The position numbers and the translations under genes were made by a program. A model generated the notes under the pieces. That model had not been told where the DNA came from. It made no database searches and saw only the letters and a list, made by a program, of their open reading frames with translations. A stretch of DNA of 64,000 bases. It comes from Selaginella moellendorffii (taxonomy: Eukaryota > Plantae > Lycopodiophyta). How positions within the stretch are numbered: the stretch's first letter is position 1; each line of letters opens with the position of its first letter. The stretch covers positions 180,320 through 244,319 of the forward strand of contig NW_003314408.1 in assembly GCF_000143415.4 (NCBI RefSeq). The letters are read 5' to 3'. Shown one piece after another: positions 46,703 to 59,439 of this stretch.

Positions 46703-48785
46703 CTCTAGGGAGGAGAAGAGATGTTCACATACCATCCGGCCTTTAGCCTCTCTTTGTTTCACAGAAAGAGAGCTTGCTCCTTCTCCTCCTCTTTGTTCTT
46801 GTGTGTGTCGTAGCAGCAGAAGAGTCACTATTCACTTTTGGTGTGGCATTTTGTTGGGTGCCATGGCTGCTGGCTTCCCTTCCTATCCTCTTCCTCCTAT
46901 CATCAAGCAACAAATCAAAGGCCGTTTCTCTCATTTACATTATGCGCTCCAAACATTGTACAACCACACCACCTAAAAAAGCATTGGATCATTTCTTAAA
47001 ACCGGCGCCCCTCTCTAGGCCCCCTGCTGCTTTGTTTGCTTGCTTGCCAAAAGGCAAAAAAAAAAAAAAAATTCACCGCCACAACATCATCAAAATTATA
47101 AGCTTTTTTTTTTTTTTTTTCTCGCCTTTTTTTTCTTGCCTGGGTTGTCAGCCCAGCATATCATCTCCCAGAAGATATCATCAGCACCAAAACAATTAAA
47201 CCCCACAGACAGAGGGACGACAGGCCACTAAGACGCGGACGGACCATCTAACGCTTTCGGTCAATCAGACGGATCCGGTCAAACGTGGGGGCTGTTTAGC
47301 TGACGGAGGTGAAATAAAATTTTGTCAACTGTTTCAACCCCCTGGTAAAACGACAAGGCGCAGACAGGAGTGAAATTTAATGGCGCAATTGCCGTACCCC
47401 CCTCTCCCCAGTGCATGTTGGGGTGAGGTCGTGGTGACGGTCGTGCCGTACGACAAATTCCTTCCCTTCTTTACTGTGATGGTCTTCTTTAGCGTTTAAC
47501 CGGACCTTAGCCTTTAGGTGGCGATCCGATTTTGATTGATCTTATAGTTTTTGCTGCAACCACAGTGGAGCGGAATGGAACGAGAAGGAATCCTCCCGAC
47601 ATTGAGGACAAAATAATACGATTCCGGGGAATAAAGAAAGGGTTTGCTGCAGCGATCTTGTTACGCCAGTGGCCAACCGTAAGGCTGTGCCATGTTTTTA
47701 TCACCACATTCTTGCAAAATAAAAAGGCGTGGGTGTGTGTTATGCTTTTTCTTCTCACTAGTTGCAATTCTAAATTTTATTTGTATTTAAGTTTTCGCTT
47801 TCCCAGCATTTGTCTGCCTTTGGGCTCTCAAAGACCGGGCAACTTGGCGCGGTTATCTCTTTTTTTTCTCTCTCTGCAAGTTTTTTAAAATATATCTGTC
47901 TGTATATGTAAGAAAATAAAGCCCTGGTTTTTTAATGGATATCTGCGTATGTATAATAAAATAATTTCACAAGCACACCAGCGTACCTTCTCGTTGGGAC
48001 GAAATAGTAAGGAAGTTAGCTGCAACAACACTCTCGGAGAATTATCTCGTCTTGAATGAATCTGGCATTAGCAGCAGTCGATAGCGACGAAGAAAAATAA
48101 TAACCAAAAAACAAAAAAAAACTCAGGGAAATAGCCCGTGCTTCTCCACTGCTCAAAAGTAATCAATTCATTCATGCGATGGTAGAGAGCCGGCGTAAGA
48201 AGAACGCAACGCAAACAAGAAAGAAAGCAGGAACTAAAAGAGATTTCACGGCACAGAGAAATATGCAAACCCGGAGCGAGTGGATCGAGAAAGCTTTGCA
48301 TCGATTCAGTCAGAGGGACGGACGAAAGCATCCAAATCAAGCTTCGCTCAGTTTCCTGTAACGGAAGCCTATTATTCTTATTCAACGAGGCTGAGGACGG
48401 CACAGCCAAATAAAATTCCACTTACACAAGACACGTACCTCACAGCTCGAGCATCTGGCTCGTTGTGCTGGTTCTACAAAAATGGAGGAAAGTGGCTAGT
48501 TGGCTGCTGAGTTCAGTTGTGTGTCCTCTGTAAGTTCATCAAGTGAGTCAAACGAGGATGGAAAGGAAAAAAAAAACGAAAAGCAGGCGCTGTGGAATGA
48601 CGTGACTGAGAGAAAGCGAGAGTGATGCAGCGAGCCATCAGTAAACAAGAACTAGTTATCAGAGACAAGAGACTCTGAGAACTGGGATTAGATGATTGTC
48701 ATCACTGGCTGCTGCCACAAAACCGAGAGAGAAAAAAGAGGAGAAAAGAAAAAACAAACAAGAAACTAAACTCTGGCATGGAGGA

Positions 48786-49217
48786 CTACTTCAAACCTTT
48801 GTAGACTTCGGGGAGCTGGAGGCCGACTCTATGAGCAGTGTCTTTCAATCGCTCCTTCTCCTCTTCCGATCGGTCCACAGCTATGTTGTAAGACAAGAGA
48901 AGATCCTGCAATCAAGAAAGAAAGGAAAAGAAAGAAAAGAACACGAGTAAATGATAGAACGCAGAAACGTTCTCTGGCGATAGTGCTAGAGATTTAGCTT
49001 GGAAAGAGGGCGAGCTTACGCTGTGATGGTGGACGCTGGCGACCAACGAGGCATAATCCTTGGCGAGCCGGAGCTTATCGTAGGCATCGGCGGGGGAGAG
49101 CGCCGCATTCTTCCGGAACTCTTCCGCCATGAATTCCTTGAAATGCGCTTCGCTACTTACATGCTTCTTCACGACCCGGAGGAGATGCCTGTAGGTCGAT
49201 CGCACCGCCATCGCCAT
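48786..49217 (-). CDS. Small mitochondrial LYR-motif / FMC1-like protein; last exon uncertain
   Basis: MAMAVRSTYRHLLRVVKKH...EEFRKN, then after an intron DLLLSYNIAVDRSEEEKERLKDTAHRVGLQLP. Confidence 0.75.
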
Positions 49218-49457
49218 TTGCTGGTGACCTAACCCTAAATCCAAGAAAATGGCAAAGAAAATAGTAGAGATAGAAAGGGGTCTCCGCCAAAATCGATCGG
49301 CCAGGAGCCCGCATTTTGGATTGGCCATCGCGGTAAGCTGCCCGATCGCTCGCTGCTCCCCTCGACTGGCTGCCGATTGATGCAAAGATCGCTGGTGCTG
49401 CGACGGGAGATCGCAAACGGGCATGGCGAGCGTGCGGTGGAGGAGGATGGAGTGAGC

Positions 49458-50850
49458 ATGGATTCGCCACGCAAAGGCAGCGGCGGCGGTGTGTGTGAGA
49501 TGGCTCCTCTAGCGGGATATAGGAAATGGGGACTTTTGGGCAGTTTCTTAGTCACAGCAGTGGTGCTAGTGGTTTTCCTGTGCCACACCGAGTCCCGGCG
49601 CGAGCAGGAGATCTTCCAAGACGCGGAGGTTTTGGAGGAGCAGAGGAAGAACAGGATGGCAGCGGTGGAGGAGAAGTTCGCGTTCCATGACACTGTCGAC
49701 GCGTTTCGAAGGTGGGACGAGAGCGTGGGGTGCTCTCGGTTCCGGCGGAGCTTCCGCAACTTGACCGGGGATTTTGTTCCTCGCCCGCCGAGCTTCCAAG
49801 ACCCGGAGATCAAGTGTAGCAAGCTCCGGAAGAAGCACGTCGGGATCCACGTAAAGTCGTGGACGTGGATCCCGGACAACTTGGACAACTTGTACTCTTG
49901 CGGCTGTGGATTGAGCTGCCTGTGGACGAAGTCTCCCGTGCTGGCCGACAAGCCGGATGCGCTCTTCTACGAGTGGAACAAGCCTCCCGTGGAGGTACGC
50001 TAAAGGTGCTGGATTGTTTGTGCAAGTCCTCTAAAGTTTCTTCTTTTTTCCTTGCTTTTCGATTCCACAGAGAAAATCGGGAGACCCTCTACGCATCTAC
50101 ATCGATATCGAGCCCCAGAAGCAGCGAGCCCCCGCTCAGGACATTTTTGTCAGCTACCACCATAGCTCGGACGTGCAAGCGACGTACGCTGGCGCGTTGT
50201 TTCACAACTCGAGAAATTACTACATATCTCCAACCAAGAACAAGGTACATAGCCGTTTTGTTTCTCTCTAGGCTCTTGTTCCTCACGGTGTTGTTCTCGT
50301 TTAACAGGAAGTTCTCGTTTACTGGTCCTCGTCGAGGTGCCTTCCCGAGAGGCAAGAGACCGCGAGCAAATTCCTGGCACTCGTGAACCACCACTCGTTT
50401 GGGAAATGCCTCAACAACGTCGGGGAGAGAGACGCGGCTCTGGAAATGTATCCAGAGTGTAGGCAGGAAGGGCAGGACCAGCAATGGAACCAACATCTCC
50501 ACTGCGCGATGTCGCACTACAAGTTCGCCTTGGCGATCGAGAACACGAGAACCGAAAGCTACGTCACGGAGAAGCTCTTCTACGCCCTCGACGCCGGGAC
50601 GGTCCCCATATACTTTGGAGCTCCCAACGTCATGGACTTCGTGCCTCCCAAGTCGATCATCCTGGCCAGCGAGTTTAGCAGCATGGAGAGTCTGGCCGAG
50701 TTCGTCAAGGGACTGGCTCAAGATCCAGTCCGGTATGCCGAGTACCACGCTTGGAGACGGTGCGGAGTGACTGGGAATTACTACTGGGCCAGAGCGCTCA
50801 GTCTTGATTCTCTTCCTTGCAGGCTGTGTGCTTGGATAAGCAGGAACTAA
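49458..50850 (+). CDS. FUT13: Alpha-(1,4)-fucosyltransferase (GT10, Lewis-a type), 3 exons
   Basis: Type II TM segment, WTWIPDNLDNLYSCGCGLSCLWTKSPVLADKPDALFYE, and GT10 motif YKFALAIENTRTESYVTEKLFYALDAGTVPIYFGAPN. Confidence 0.92.
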
Positions 50851-51899
50851 ACTGAAATAATCATTTTTGTGTCTGCTCAGCACAAGATCGGTTTGTATCA
50901 TGAATCTTCTTTGTTCGTTGACATACTGGATATTAAGAGATACACAACTATAATTGGCAATGCGAACTCATGAACATTGATGGATATTATAGGAATATTT
51001 TTTTGTACCAATAATAGAATCTTAGAACCATCAATAGTTTTAGTTGCGAGACTTGATTCCAATTGCACTCCCAACTAAAAGAGATCTAACTATTTAATCA
51101 TAATTGTAAGTAAGATTTATTTATCCATTAACTTTCTCCTAAACTTCAGATTATAGAAAAAAACTGAAGTACTCCAAGAAATTAAAAGTAAAATATATTC
51201 TCATTCACATATTGCTTCCGAAGTAGTGCATGTGTTTTGTGATTGAGGGTTCAGAGATGCTGTGGCTTTGATAAGCAAAATATGATAAAATACCAGCCTT
51301 CGGCCAAATGCCATATTACCTATATGACACATAATATTCACTGTCTCAGGGGGTTAATAAAAGAAATGCTTTTGCTCGAGGCACAGACTGATGGGTCCCA
51401 TTGAAATGATAAGTTGTTCAACCATTGATAAGTAAATGCTTAAATCTCCCATAGGTCACGAAAATTCACCAAGAAATGTTTTAACCTTACCATCCTAGAA
51501 TATGCCTGATTATATCATTGGATGGTTTGTGAATAGCTAAACTACAAAATTGATTTAAATATTTGTAACTATATAAAAAATATTCTAAGCATATTCTAAG
51601 CTGTTTTGCTTTCCATCAATGTATCTTACATGTTTTGAATCCTGTTGTGCCTCATAAGAAAACATATTAATGAAAAAACCATTAACATTCATGTATGAAA
51701 GATAACTCCAAAAAGTAAACATGACACTCAATCAAAGTGTTATTATCTTATACTTTTATTGTGTTAAATTAAGTATTTTCTCAGCCAAAAGAAATAGAAT
51801 AATTTTACTTTTCATTAGAACTAAACCTTTATAAAAATAAATCTCAAGATGGCTAAACATGGATATGGTTGCTTTCTTGTGAAGTTGTAATACATAACA

Positions 51900-53841
51900 A
51901 ACTTGCTCCTAGTGCAAATGGTAAGCCAGCCGGAGAGACAGTCAACTTAAACTTCCTTTGCTGGAAGACGTTATGTGGCACAATCACTTCCTCTCGCGAC
52001 AAGCCTGCATGGTCGCAAAGCAAAAGCTATTGAGAATACATGAAAGTTTCCAGGGACATACCTGGAACTTCGACACAAAAAATGTGGTGATGCTTGCAAT
52101 AGCTGCCTTGACACGTTTGCTCGTGGCTGCAGCAAAGAACGAAATGGAATTAGTAGAGGTAAAAACAAATAACACAATATACTCGTGTCCAGCTCGCGAG
52201 TGTCCGTTGCACTCTTGGGAACGCGAATGGTAAGCAAGCCGTTCCAGAAAGACGCTCTCGCCTGCTTCACGTCAGCACTGGAGGGAAGCTTAAACTTTGT
52301 TTGCTGGAAGACGTTGGCAGTGGTCTTAACGACGAGTTCCGGCCCTGTATTGTCCACAATCACTTCCTCTCGCGACACGCCTGCACAGAAAGCTATTTGA
52401 GAAAACGTGAAAGATTTCAGGGACATACCTGGAACTTCGACGCGAAGAATGTGGTGATTCTTGTCATCTACAATAGCTGCCTTGAGACGTTTGCTCGTGG
52501 CTGCAGCAGAAAAGGAAAAGAAATTAGTAGAGGTAAAAGAAAAAAAAACCATAATACTTGTGTCCAGCTCGGCCTCGTCACGGTCCTCAATTGGCACTGT
52601 CGAGGTTGTCCCTTCGAGCGCAGCGGCCCCCTTGGGAAGGCGAATGGTGAGAATCTCATCCTGCAGATTAGCTATTAAACCGTCGACGTTGGTGTAAGGA
52701 GGAACGGCAAGCTTTTCGGGGCGGTAAACGTCCATCTCCGTGGAAACAAGCACACCCCGTCCATGTTTTTCAACATGCACTTGATCCAGCGACGAGAGAC
52801 CTGTACAGTAGTACGCAAGAGAAAAAAAAAACATGAGATAACGTTGTCTGCAGTTGACTTACCCGGCACTTGCACATCGACAGTGTAGAACTGCTGGTTC
52901 TCGAAGGACGACCACAATAGCTTGCGCTTGTCATATCCTGCACGCCACAGAGAAAAAGAAATTAAAAAAACTCCAGGCAGGATCAAAGCCATACCTTTAT
53001 CAATGTGCTTGAGGCAGTTTAGCAGCAGCTGGTAAGCATGTTTCTTCTCAAAGTTGTAGAGAGCAACTAGACCGTCGTGATCAGGGAACTGGGGCAGCCC
53101 CCCGGCATCAGCCACCTCCTGCGCCAACTTGATGCTCCTGGCACACTTCGTCAAGGAAGCGTTGGAGAAGAAATCAGTGCATGGAACGACTGGTGTAGCA
53201 TATGAGCTAGATTGCTCCTCGATCAGAATGGTGAGGTTGCTGGAGTGCAGACGTAAGAACCTGGTCCAGCACTCAGCGCCAAACAGACGCGCCTGCTCCT
53301 GCAACTCGTGCACGTTTGGCTCCCCGGAGAAGACTTCCTTCTCGGCTCGGCAGGCAAGAGTCCGGCAAAAGTCGTGGACGAGGCGTGTTTCTTCACGTGT
53401 GCAGTAATGTAGGGGGGGCTCTCCACGCGAGTCCCGCTTTGCATCCTCCCAGACGTCGTCCACGAGCTTGATCATGTGTGTATATGGGACGGGGTAGTCG
53501 CCTATGTCGTCAAACCCGAGTGGTTTTTCAAGACGGGGGAATTGGCCGCCCACAATTTCGGTGTACTTGAGGCTGTGATGCAGGAGATACCCCTCGAAGC
53601 AGTCGGTGGTAATATCAGAGTTGCCCAGCACCTTAAAGGCTTGGCCGAGGACACGGTTGTCTAGGCGGAGCATCACCATCCACAGAAACTCTCCAAACTC
53701 TTTGTAGGCTTCCTGGGTGGGTGGTTTGCTCACCTGAGAGACATTCCTGCCTTCGCTGCCGCTCCTACTACTCGCGATTGCTGTCTGGATGCCGCTCCTA
53801 CTCCTAGTCGCCGTTGCCATGTGAATCAGCCGCCTGAACAT
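51900..53841 (-). CDS. Uncharacterised protein: mitochondrial-type presequence, unknown ~270-aa domain, two intact tandem HSP20/alpha-crystallin domains and a degenerate third
   Basis: Exons 53841-52995, 52937-52863, 52800-52558, 52500-52429 and 52380-about 52182. ACD1: YTVDVQVPGLSSLDQVHVE...IANLQDEILTIRLPK. ACD2: HILRVEVPGVSREEVIV...FKLPSSADVKQARASFWNGLLTIRVPK. The third unit (51900-52180) carries deletions and a frameshift. Confidence 0.72.
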
Positions 53842-53863
53842 ATTGTAGGGCTTTGCTCAGATA

Positions 53864-54310
53864 ATGAGCGTGCCGGGGACTTACAGTCGGGCTCCTCAGA
53901 TTCAGATTCGGGTGAAGGTATTCGTTTTCTCTCCTCTCAATATGCAAGCTCTAAATTGTTTTCCGCTTGAAAGCTCAGACGACGAAGATGAAGACCTTTC
54001 GAAAGGTGACGATGATTTTATGGAGGAGTACTCCGACGCTATCCAACACGAGCTTAAAAACTCGAGCGTCTCCAAAACATTTGCTCAACCTGACGTGTCT
54101 CGCGCTTCTGGGTCAGCATCTACTTCTGCTACCGCTACCGGAGATGACAACTTGCCCGTGGACGTAGACCTCAACCTGCTTAAGAACCTGCTCGACTCGT
54201 ACTCATCGCAGCAAGGCCTGCCCGGACCAGCGTCTAACGTCCTGGGAATGATGGGAATGCAGCTCCCAGACGACAAGGAGGAGCATAAACGTAAGACTCG
54301 GAGGAAGTGA
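53864..54310 (+). pseudogene. Isolated 3' fragment of an ecdysoneless (Ecd/SGT1-like) gene
   Basis: FMEEYSDAIQHELK and PVDVDLNLLKNLLDSYSSQQGLPGPASNVLGMMG are the conserved Ecd C-terminus. One intron is retained (about 53917-53973) and there is no room for the 5' part. Confidence 0.75.
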
Positions 54311-54689
54311 GCGTCGATTTGGACGAGACAGAGACGGAGACAAAGCTTCCCTCGTAGAAACCAAACAGTGGGACTGTGTTACAACTTAAGGCCCACGCGT
54401 TCGGATGAGACCAAGGTATTCACATTTATTTCTTTTCTTGCCTCACATTTCTTCTCCCAGATAATACTCAACTTGGACAGTGCATAAGACATGTTAAATC
54501 ATCGTTTTATGTTTTAAATTTGCGGTTTCAGGAAATGTCGGGTATTTGAGAAGCTGGATCATGTGGTTCCACGGTTCCAGGATCAGATCACGAGGCAGTA
54601 AAGTCGCCCAAGCTGGGAAATGAAGCAGCAGAGCAACAAACCGAGGGACATGGAGAAGCGGCCAAAGAGTGCTGGAGCAGCCTCCCTGT

Positions 54690-55080
54690 CGCTCAGCTGC
54701 GGGCTCTCGTCCTGGGTGCCAACGACCGCCTAGTCTCAATAGCATCTGGGCGTGAGTGCCAGGAACAGTAACGAGCGTCATCTCCGAGCCTCATCGCCGG
54801 CGCGTGCAGTATGGCGGTGGGAGAGTTCCTGTCGTGTCCTCGCAGCGCGACCACGAGCCGAGATAGAGAGGGAGGGGCGGCAGCACGCCGCCGGGGGTGC
54901 GGGAGAATTGACATGGACGCGCTGGCGCGACCGTGGCAGTGTCGACGACGGTGTTTACCACTGGCGGTGGCGTGCCCCTGCTAGCCGCGGGGTTCGTGGA
55001 GGCGTACTGCCATGGCGAGGCTGATGGTGTTGAGGCCCAGATAGTCGTGGACGAAGCCAAACACCGCGTTGGCGGCTGCA
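54690..55080 (+). pseudogene. Degenerate vacuolar iron transporter-like (VIT/VTL, nodulin-21) fragment
   Basis: LIAGACSMAVGEFLS and GGVPLLAAGFV lie in different frames within a GC-rich island. Confidence 0.6.
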
Positions 55081-57299
55081 TTTACAGTTGATTGTTAAAG
55101 TTAAAGCCGACTCTTTCTTAGAAGAAAACTAGAAATTGCCCAGCAAAAAGCCGGTGGGTTGGCAAGGTGAAGTTTTCAAAAAACTTAAAATCCGAGCCAA
55201 AAGACATACATTGGCCAAGAGTTTTATGTCATAGAGACTTGGATAAGTTGAAAGTTTTAGTGCGAAGAAAGTGTGAAAGAAAGATCTTGCCTCAACTGCC
55301 TATGTGTGAGGTGAGTACCAGATGATTGGAAAAGCTTTGAGATTTGGGCATCATGGTTTTGTTGCCAGTATTTCTCCTACGTAAGGAAAAACCAAAACAG
55401 AAAAGAAAACTGTTAAGTTCAAAGCATAAGAAAGTGAAAACCTTCAATGGGATTCTCAGGAGCAAAGACACCACAAAGTATTGCGAAAATCAAATCAAGA
55501 AAAGAAAGAAAACAGGAAAGAGTTGAAGCATTCTAGAAAAAGATGCCTGCATGGTTAGCAAGGGTAAATATAGTGCTAAAACTGATGGTACTAATCATTA
55601 TATTATCTGATGTTTAATTTGCATTTGTTTTTCTTTTCCCGCTAGATAACAAAGGAAAAACTTATTGTGAGATTTTTTTTTCTTCCACAAAATGGAAGCA
55701 TGATACCTATTCCCAATTGGAGCAAAATTATCTCAACCTAGAAGCTGCCTAAACCTAGACATGAACATCACTTTGACAAGTATTTTCCATACTTTTACAT
55801 ATTGTACAGTGTTATGAGCTCGGCAGTGGTGGAAGCTATGGCTTTCTCTACTGCGATGGTGACCTTTTCTCAATGCTATTGTGATTGAAGTTTTCTGCCA
55901 TGTAGATCAAGATCCAAGATCTTCTTGGCACCCTGCCTGTCTGTCCCTATGAGTACTTACTTTTGTTTTTGTTTCAAAGACTTATAGAGCTCACCAGTAA
56001 GCATGCTCCAGCTTTGTCACAATGGTTGCCTGGGTGATTCTGTCCATCCAATTCCTCTTGCCACCCAGGTTTGTGGAAAGAGTTCTTTTAGAGATATTAG
56101 CGATTATCTTTGAACCAATGCAGGTTTGGCGTCTTGGTGGCAATCAAGCACGTGCTATAGAGCAAGGGCAAGTGACTCCCATTCTTGATCTCGATGGTAA
56201 GGTTTTGACCTGGCACAAATTGGCAGAATAGAGCAATTTCTTATCCCCAGGTAGGAATCCGTCTTTGTTCTTAATGGTAGTTGAAGAAGGTGGCATGGAT
56301 TATTCTGGAGCCTTTATCTCTTGAAATGGGGAATTCCACTCTCAGCATGCAAAGAACCTAAATCATAGCTGAATTTGTGGATTCAGAAAGAAGCAGCCGT
56401 TTCGCCTTGGTCACATTTGAAGGAAGCTATCACCACTATAGCTGACCAAGAAGCTTGCTGGCCTTTTGCATTAGGTCAGCAACTGGGATCTTGCGCAAGT
56501 TGAGGTTAGGATTCTGGTCAACATGATAGTTCTGGATTCGCCTAGAAATGGTGGTGATTGGGAAACTCTTAGTCCAGTTTTGCATTTGTTTCTTGTCTTG
56601 ACTGTCATAGGCAAGATAAGGGAGTGCAACACTACAACGTTGAAGGTTCTGTATCCTTGCCGAGTGAGAATCAATTACATTTCAAATTCTTCATGTACTT
56701 GTGTTCTTGGGCTCAGGTAGTAACGCTAGCTTGTGGTCAATCCTTTGCAAAGACAGAGGCCATCTCAAATAAGTTCAACATCTATAGAAATGAGATAAGG
56801 TTTTCAACACAGCTAGATTGCAGTCAAACTTGCAGTCTTGCTCATGTTGTGTAGCTTAGTCTTTCAGTTTTCTTCTTTCTTAATTTCCTGTTTTTTTCTC
56901 CAGTTCATCATTCTGCTTAAAATGATTAGCATAAAATGTAAACTAACATAAAATGTAAGCTAATATTTCTTTGTATCTCATATGTGCTTGCATTCGAGAC
57001 ATCTAAAATTTTGGCTGGTAGATGGAAGAGGATTAGCTGTTACAAACAGCCAGTTAGCTTATTGCAGTTTAAGCTATACTTCATCAGAATATAAATGGAG
57101 GAATTTGGCAGCGGCGGAAGCGTGGCTGACGTGTTTTGAAGGTGGGAGAGCATGTGATGCTCTCGATTCTGGCAAAGCTTCTGGGAAATTTTGTTCCTGA
57201 AGCATAAAAAATCTGAATAATCAAAAATTGAGATTTTATTAGGAAGTGTTCACCAGTGCTTAGTAAATGTTCAAAAGAAGCACCGAAGACTGTGGAATG

Positions 57300-57720
57300 A
57301 TCGCGAGCAAATTGTCAGCCACCACTCATTTGAAAAATGCCTGAACAATGTCGGGGATAGCGACGCGATGTCCCGCTACACCTTGGCGATCGAGAACACG
57401 AGAACCGAGAGCTACATCACGGAAAATCTCTCGACACCAGGATGGTCCCCATATACTTTGGAGCTCCCAACGTCGTGGACTTCGTGTCTCCCATCCTGGC
57501 CAGCGAGTTTAGCAGCGTGGGGCGTCTGGCCGAGTTCCTCAAGGGACTGACTCAAGATCCAGTCCGGTATGCTGAGTACCACATTTACGGAGTGACTGAG
57601 AATTACTGCAGGACTAGAGCGCTCAGTCTTGATTCTCTTCCTTGCAGGCGGTGAGCAGGAAACAATGATTTTGTGAGTGCTCAGCTCGCCGTTTGTTTGT
57701 TTCTCAAGATCAGCATGAAT
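57300..57720 (+). pseudogene. Deleted duplicate of the FUT13 last exon and 3' UTR
   Basis: High nucleotide similarity to 50360-50905 (LAIENTRTESY, VPIYFGAPNVVDFV, QDPVRYAEYH, RALSLDSLPCR), with several internal deletions and a frameshift. Confidence 0.88.
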
Positions 57721-59426
57721 CATTCCTTCACTTTCATTTGCGGCTCACGATTAGCACACTCGGCTGACATACTTGAGAGTAAGAGATAGCCACAACCATA
57801 ATCAGCGAACTGGTCTTCATCCACCACCGCCATCTTCTTTGCGATTCGCTCCCCTCGATCGAGATCTCCATGAAGCTTGCAAGCACTCAGCAGCGAGCTC
57901 ATCGCAGCCGAGTCAGGCAGAAACGGCATGCTGTCGATGAGCTCCTCCGCCTCAGCTAAAAACTTGGAGCGTCCCAGAATGTCGACCATGCAATCGTAGT
58001 GAGCAAGCAGAGGCTTGATCCCGTGCACGTCCATCATCTCCCGGAAGCTCTCGCGCCCCTGCTGGAGCTTCCCTTCGTGGCTACAGCCCGTGAGAATGGC
58101 AACAAAGGTGAGATCGTCGGGCCTGACACCGTCGAGCGCCATGAGCCTCAATGCCTCCAAGGCGAAGCTGCTACGCCCGGCTCGAGCATACGCGGACACC
58201 ATTGCGTTCCATGATGGCACGTCCCTGCTGGGCATGGACTCAAACGTTTCCTTGGCACTCGTCATATGCCCGGCGTGGGCATACCCCACTGCGACAATTG
58301 TCCAGGAGACGACGGTGTGGCCGGGCATGCGATCGAACAACGACTTTGCCTCGACCATCTTCTTTCGACCCACATACGCGAGCACCACGGAGTTCCAGGA
58401 AATGACATTCTTCCTAAAGGTGGCGTGGAAGATATTTACAGCTTTGGAGACATGCCCGGCCTGCGCATACGCCTGCACCATTGCATTCCACGACACTGTG
58501 TTCTTGCCTGGGATTCGATCAAACAACTCTTGAGCGTCATCGAATAGGCCGCGGCGAATGTAGGCCTGTGTGATTGAGGTCCAAGAAACCACGTCCGGCT
58601 CTGGGACCAGATCAAAGGTTTTCTTTGCCAGCTCAAGCTCTCCAGTCTCAGCGTACACGGCCAGCATCGCATTCCACGATAAACAATTCCTGCGCGGCAT
58701 TCGATCAAACACCTCCCTTGCTTTGCGGACGACATGCCCATTCTGAGCATAAGCCTGGACGAGCGCGGTCCAGACCACCACATCTCGCTCGGGCATTTGA
58801 TCAAAGACCAGTTTGAGCTCGCCTACCATGGACTTTGATCCAAGGGCGGTGATAATCGCAGTCCAGCCCAAAAGTGTGTTCTGTGGCATCAACGCAAACA
58901 CGCTCTGTGCTTTGTCAAGATGCCCAACCTGGGCATATGCAGAAACTATGGCAGTCCACGCCACCACGCTCTTCTCTGGAATTAAATCAAAGAGTAATCG
59001 AGCTTGAACAAGGCTTCCGACTAGCAAGTAACCTTGTAAGAGCGAGGTCCATGCAACGAGATCTCTCTCGGGGATGATTTCGAAAAGTGCTGTAGCGCTG
59101 TCTAATTTTCCGTTTTGGGCACACGCCCACATCATCGTGTTCCAGGAGAAGATATTGCGGGGAGCAATGGATTCAAACACGGCGCAAGCCTCGCCCAGGT
59201 AGCCGCATTTCCCATACGCATCGACAAGGAGGTTCATGAGGTAGCGTCGGTCGTGTGTTGCATAGGAGCCGGAGAGGATTTGTCTATGGAGATGCCTTGT
59301 TTTGTCGAGATCCTTGTTAAGAGCGCAGGATCTGAGCTTGCAAGCGAGAGCAGAGACATGCTCTTGTTTGGATTGACAATGTAGGTGTGCTAGATCGGAT
59401 CTAAGCAACACCCGAGAGAAAATCAT
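57720..59426 (-). CDS. PLS-class PPR protein with E-type extension, 568 aa
   Basis: VDAYGKCG, 31-aa repeats, HYDCMVDILGRS, GYLLLSS. Confidence 0.9.
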   Translation of the reverse strand: MIFSRVLLRSDLAHLHCQSKQEHVSALACKLRSCALNKDLDKTRHLHRQILSGSYATHDRRYLMNLLVDAYGKCGYLGEACAVFESIAPRNIFSWNTMMWACAQNGKLDSATALFEIIPERDLVAWTSLLQGYLLVGSLVQARLLFDLIPEKSVVAWTAIVSAYAQVGHLDKAQSVFALMPQNTLLGWTAIITALGSKSMVGELKLVFDQMPERDVVVWTALVQAYAQNGHVVRKAREVFDRMPRRNCLSWNAMLAVYAETGELELAKKTFDLVPEPDVVSWTSITQAYIRRGLFDDAQELFDRIPGKNTVSWNAMVQAYAQAGHVSKAVNIFHATFRKNVISWNSVVLAYVGRKKMVEAKSLFDRMPGHTVVSWTIVAVGYAHAGHMTSAKETFESMPSRDVPSWNAMVSAYARAGRSSFALEALRLMALDGVRPDDLTFVAILTGCSHEGKLQQGRESFREMMDVHGIKPLLAHYDCMVDILGRSKFLAEAEELIDSMPFLPDSAAMSSLLSACKLHGDLDRGERIAKKMAVVDEDQFADYGCGYLLLSSMSAECANREPQMKVKE

Positions 59427-59439
59427 TGGAGCTCCTGAT

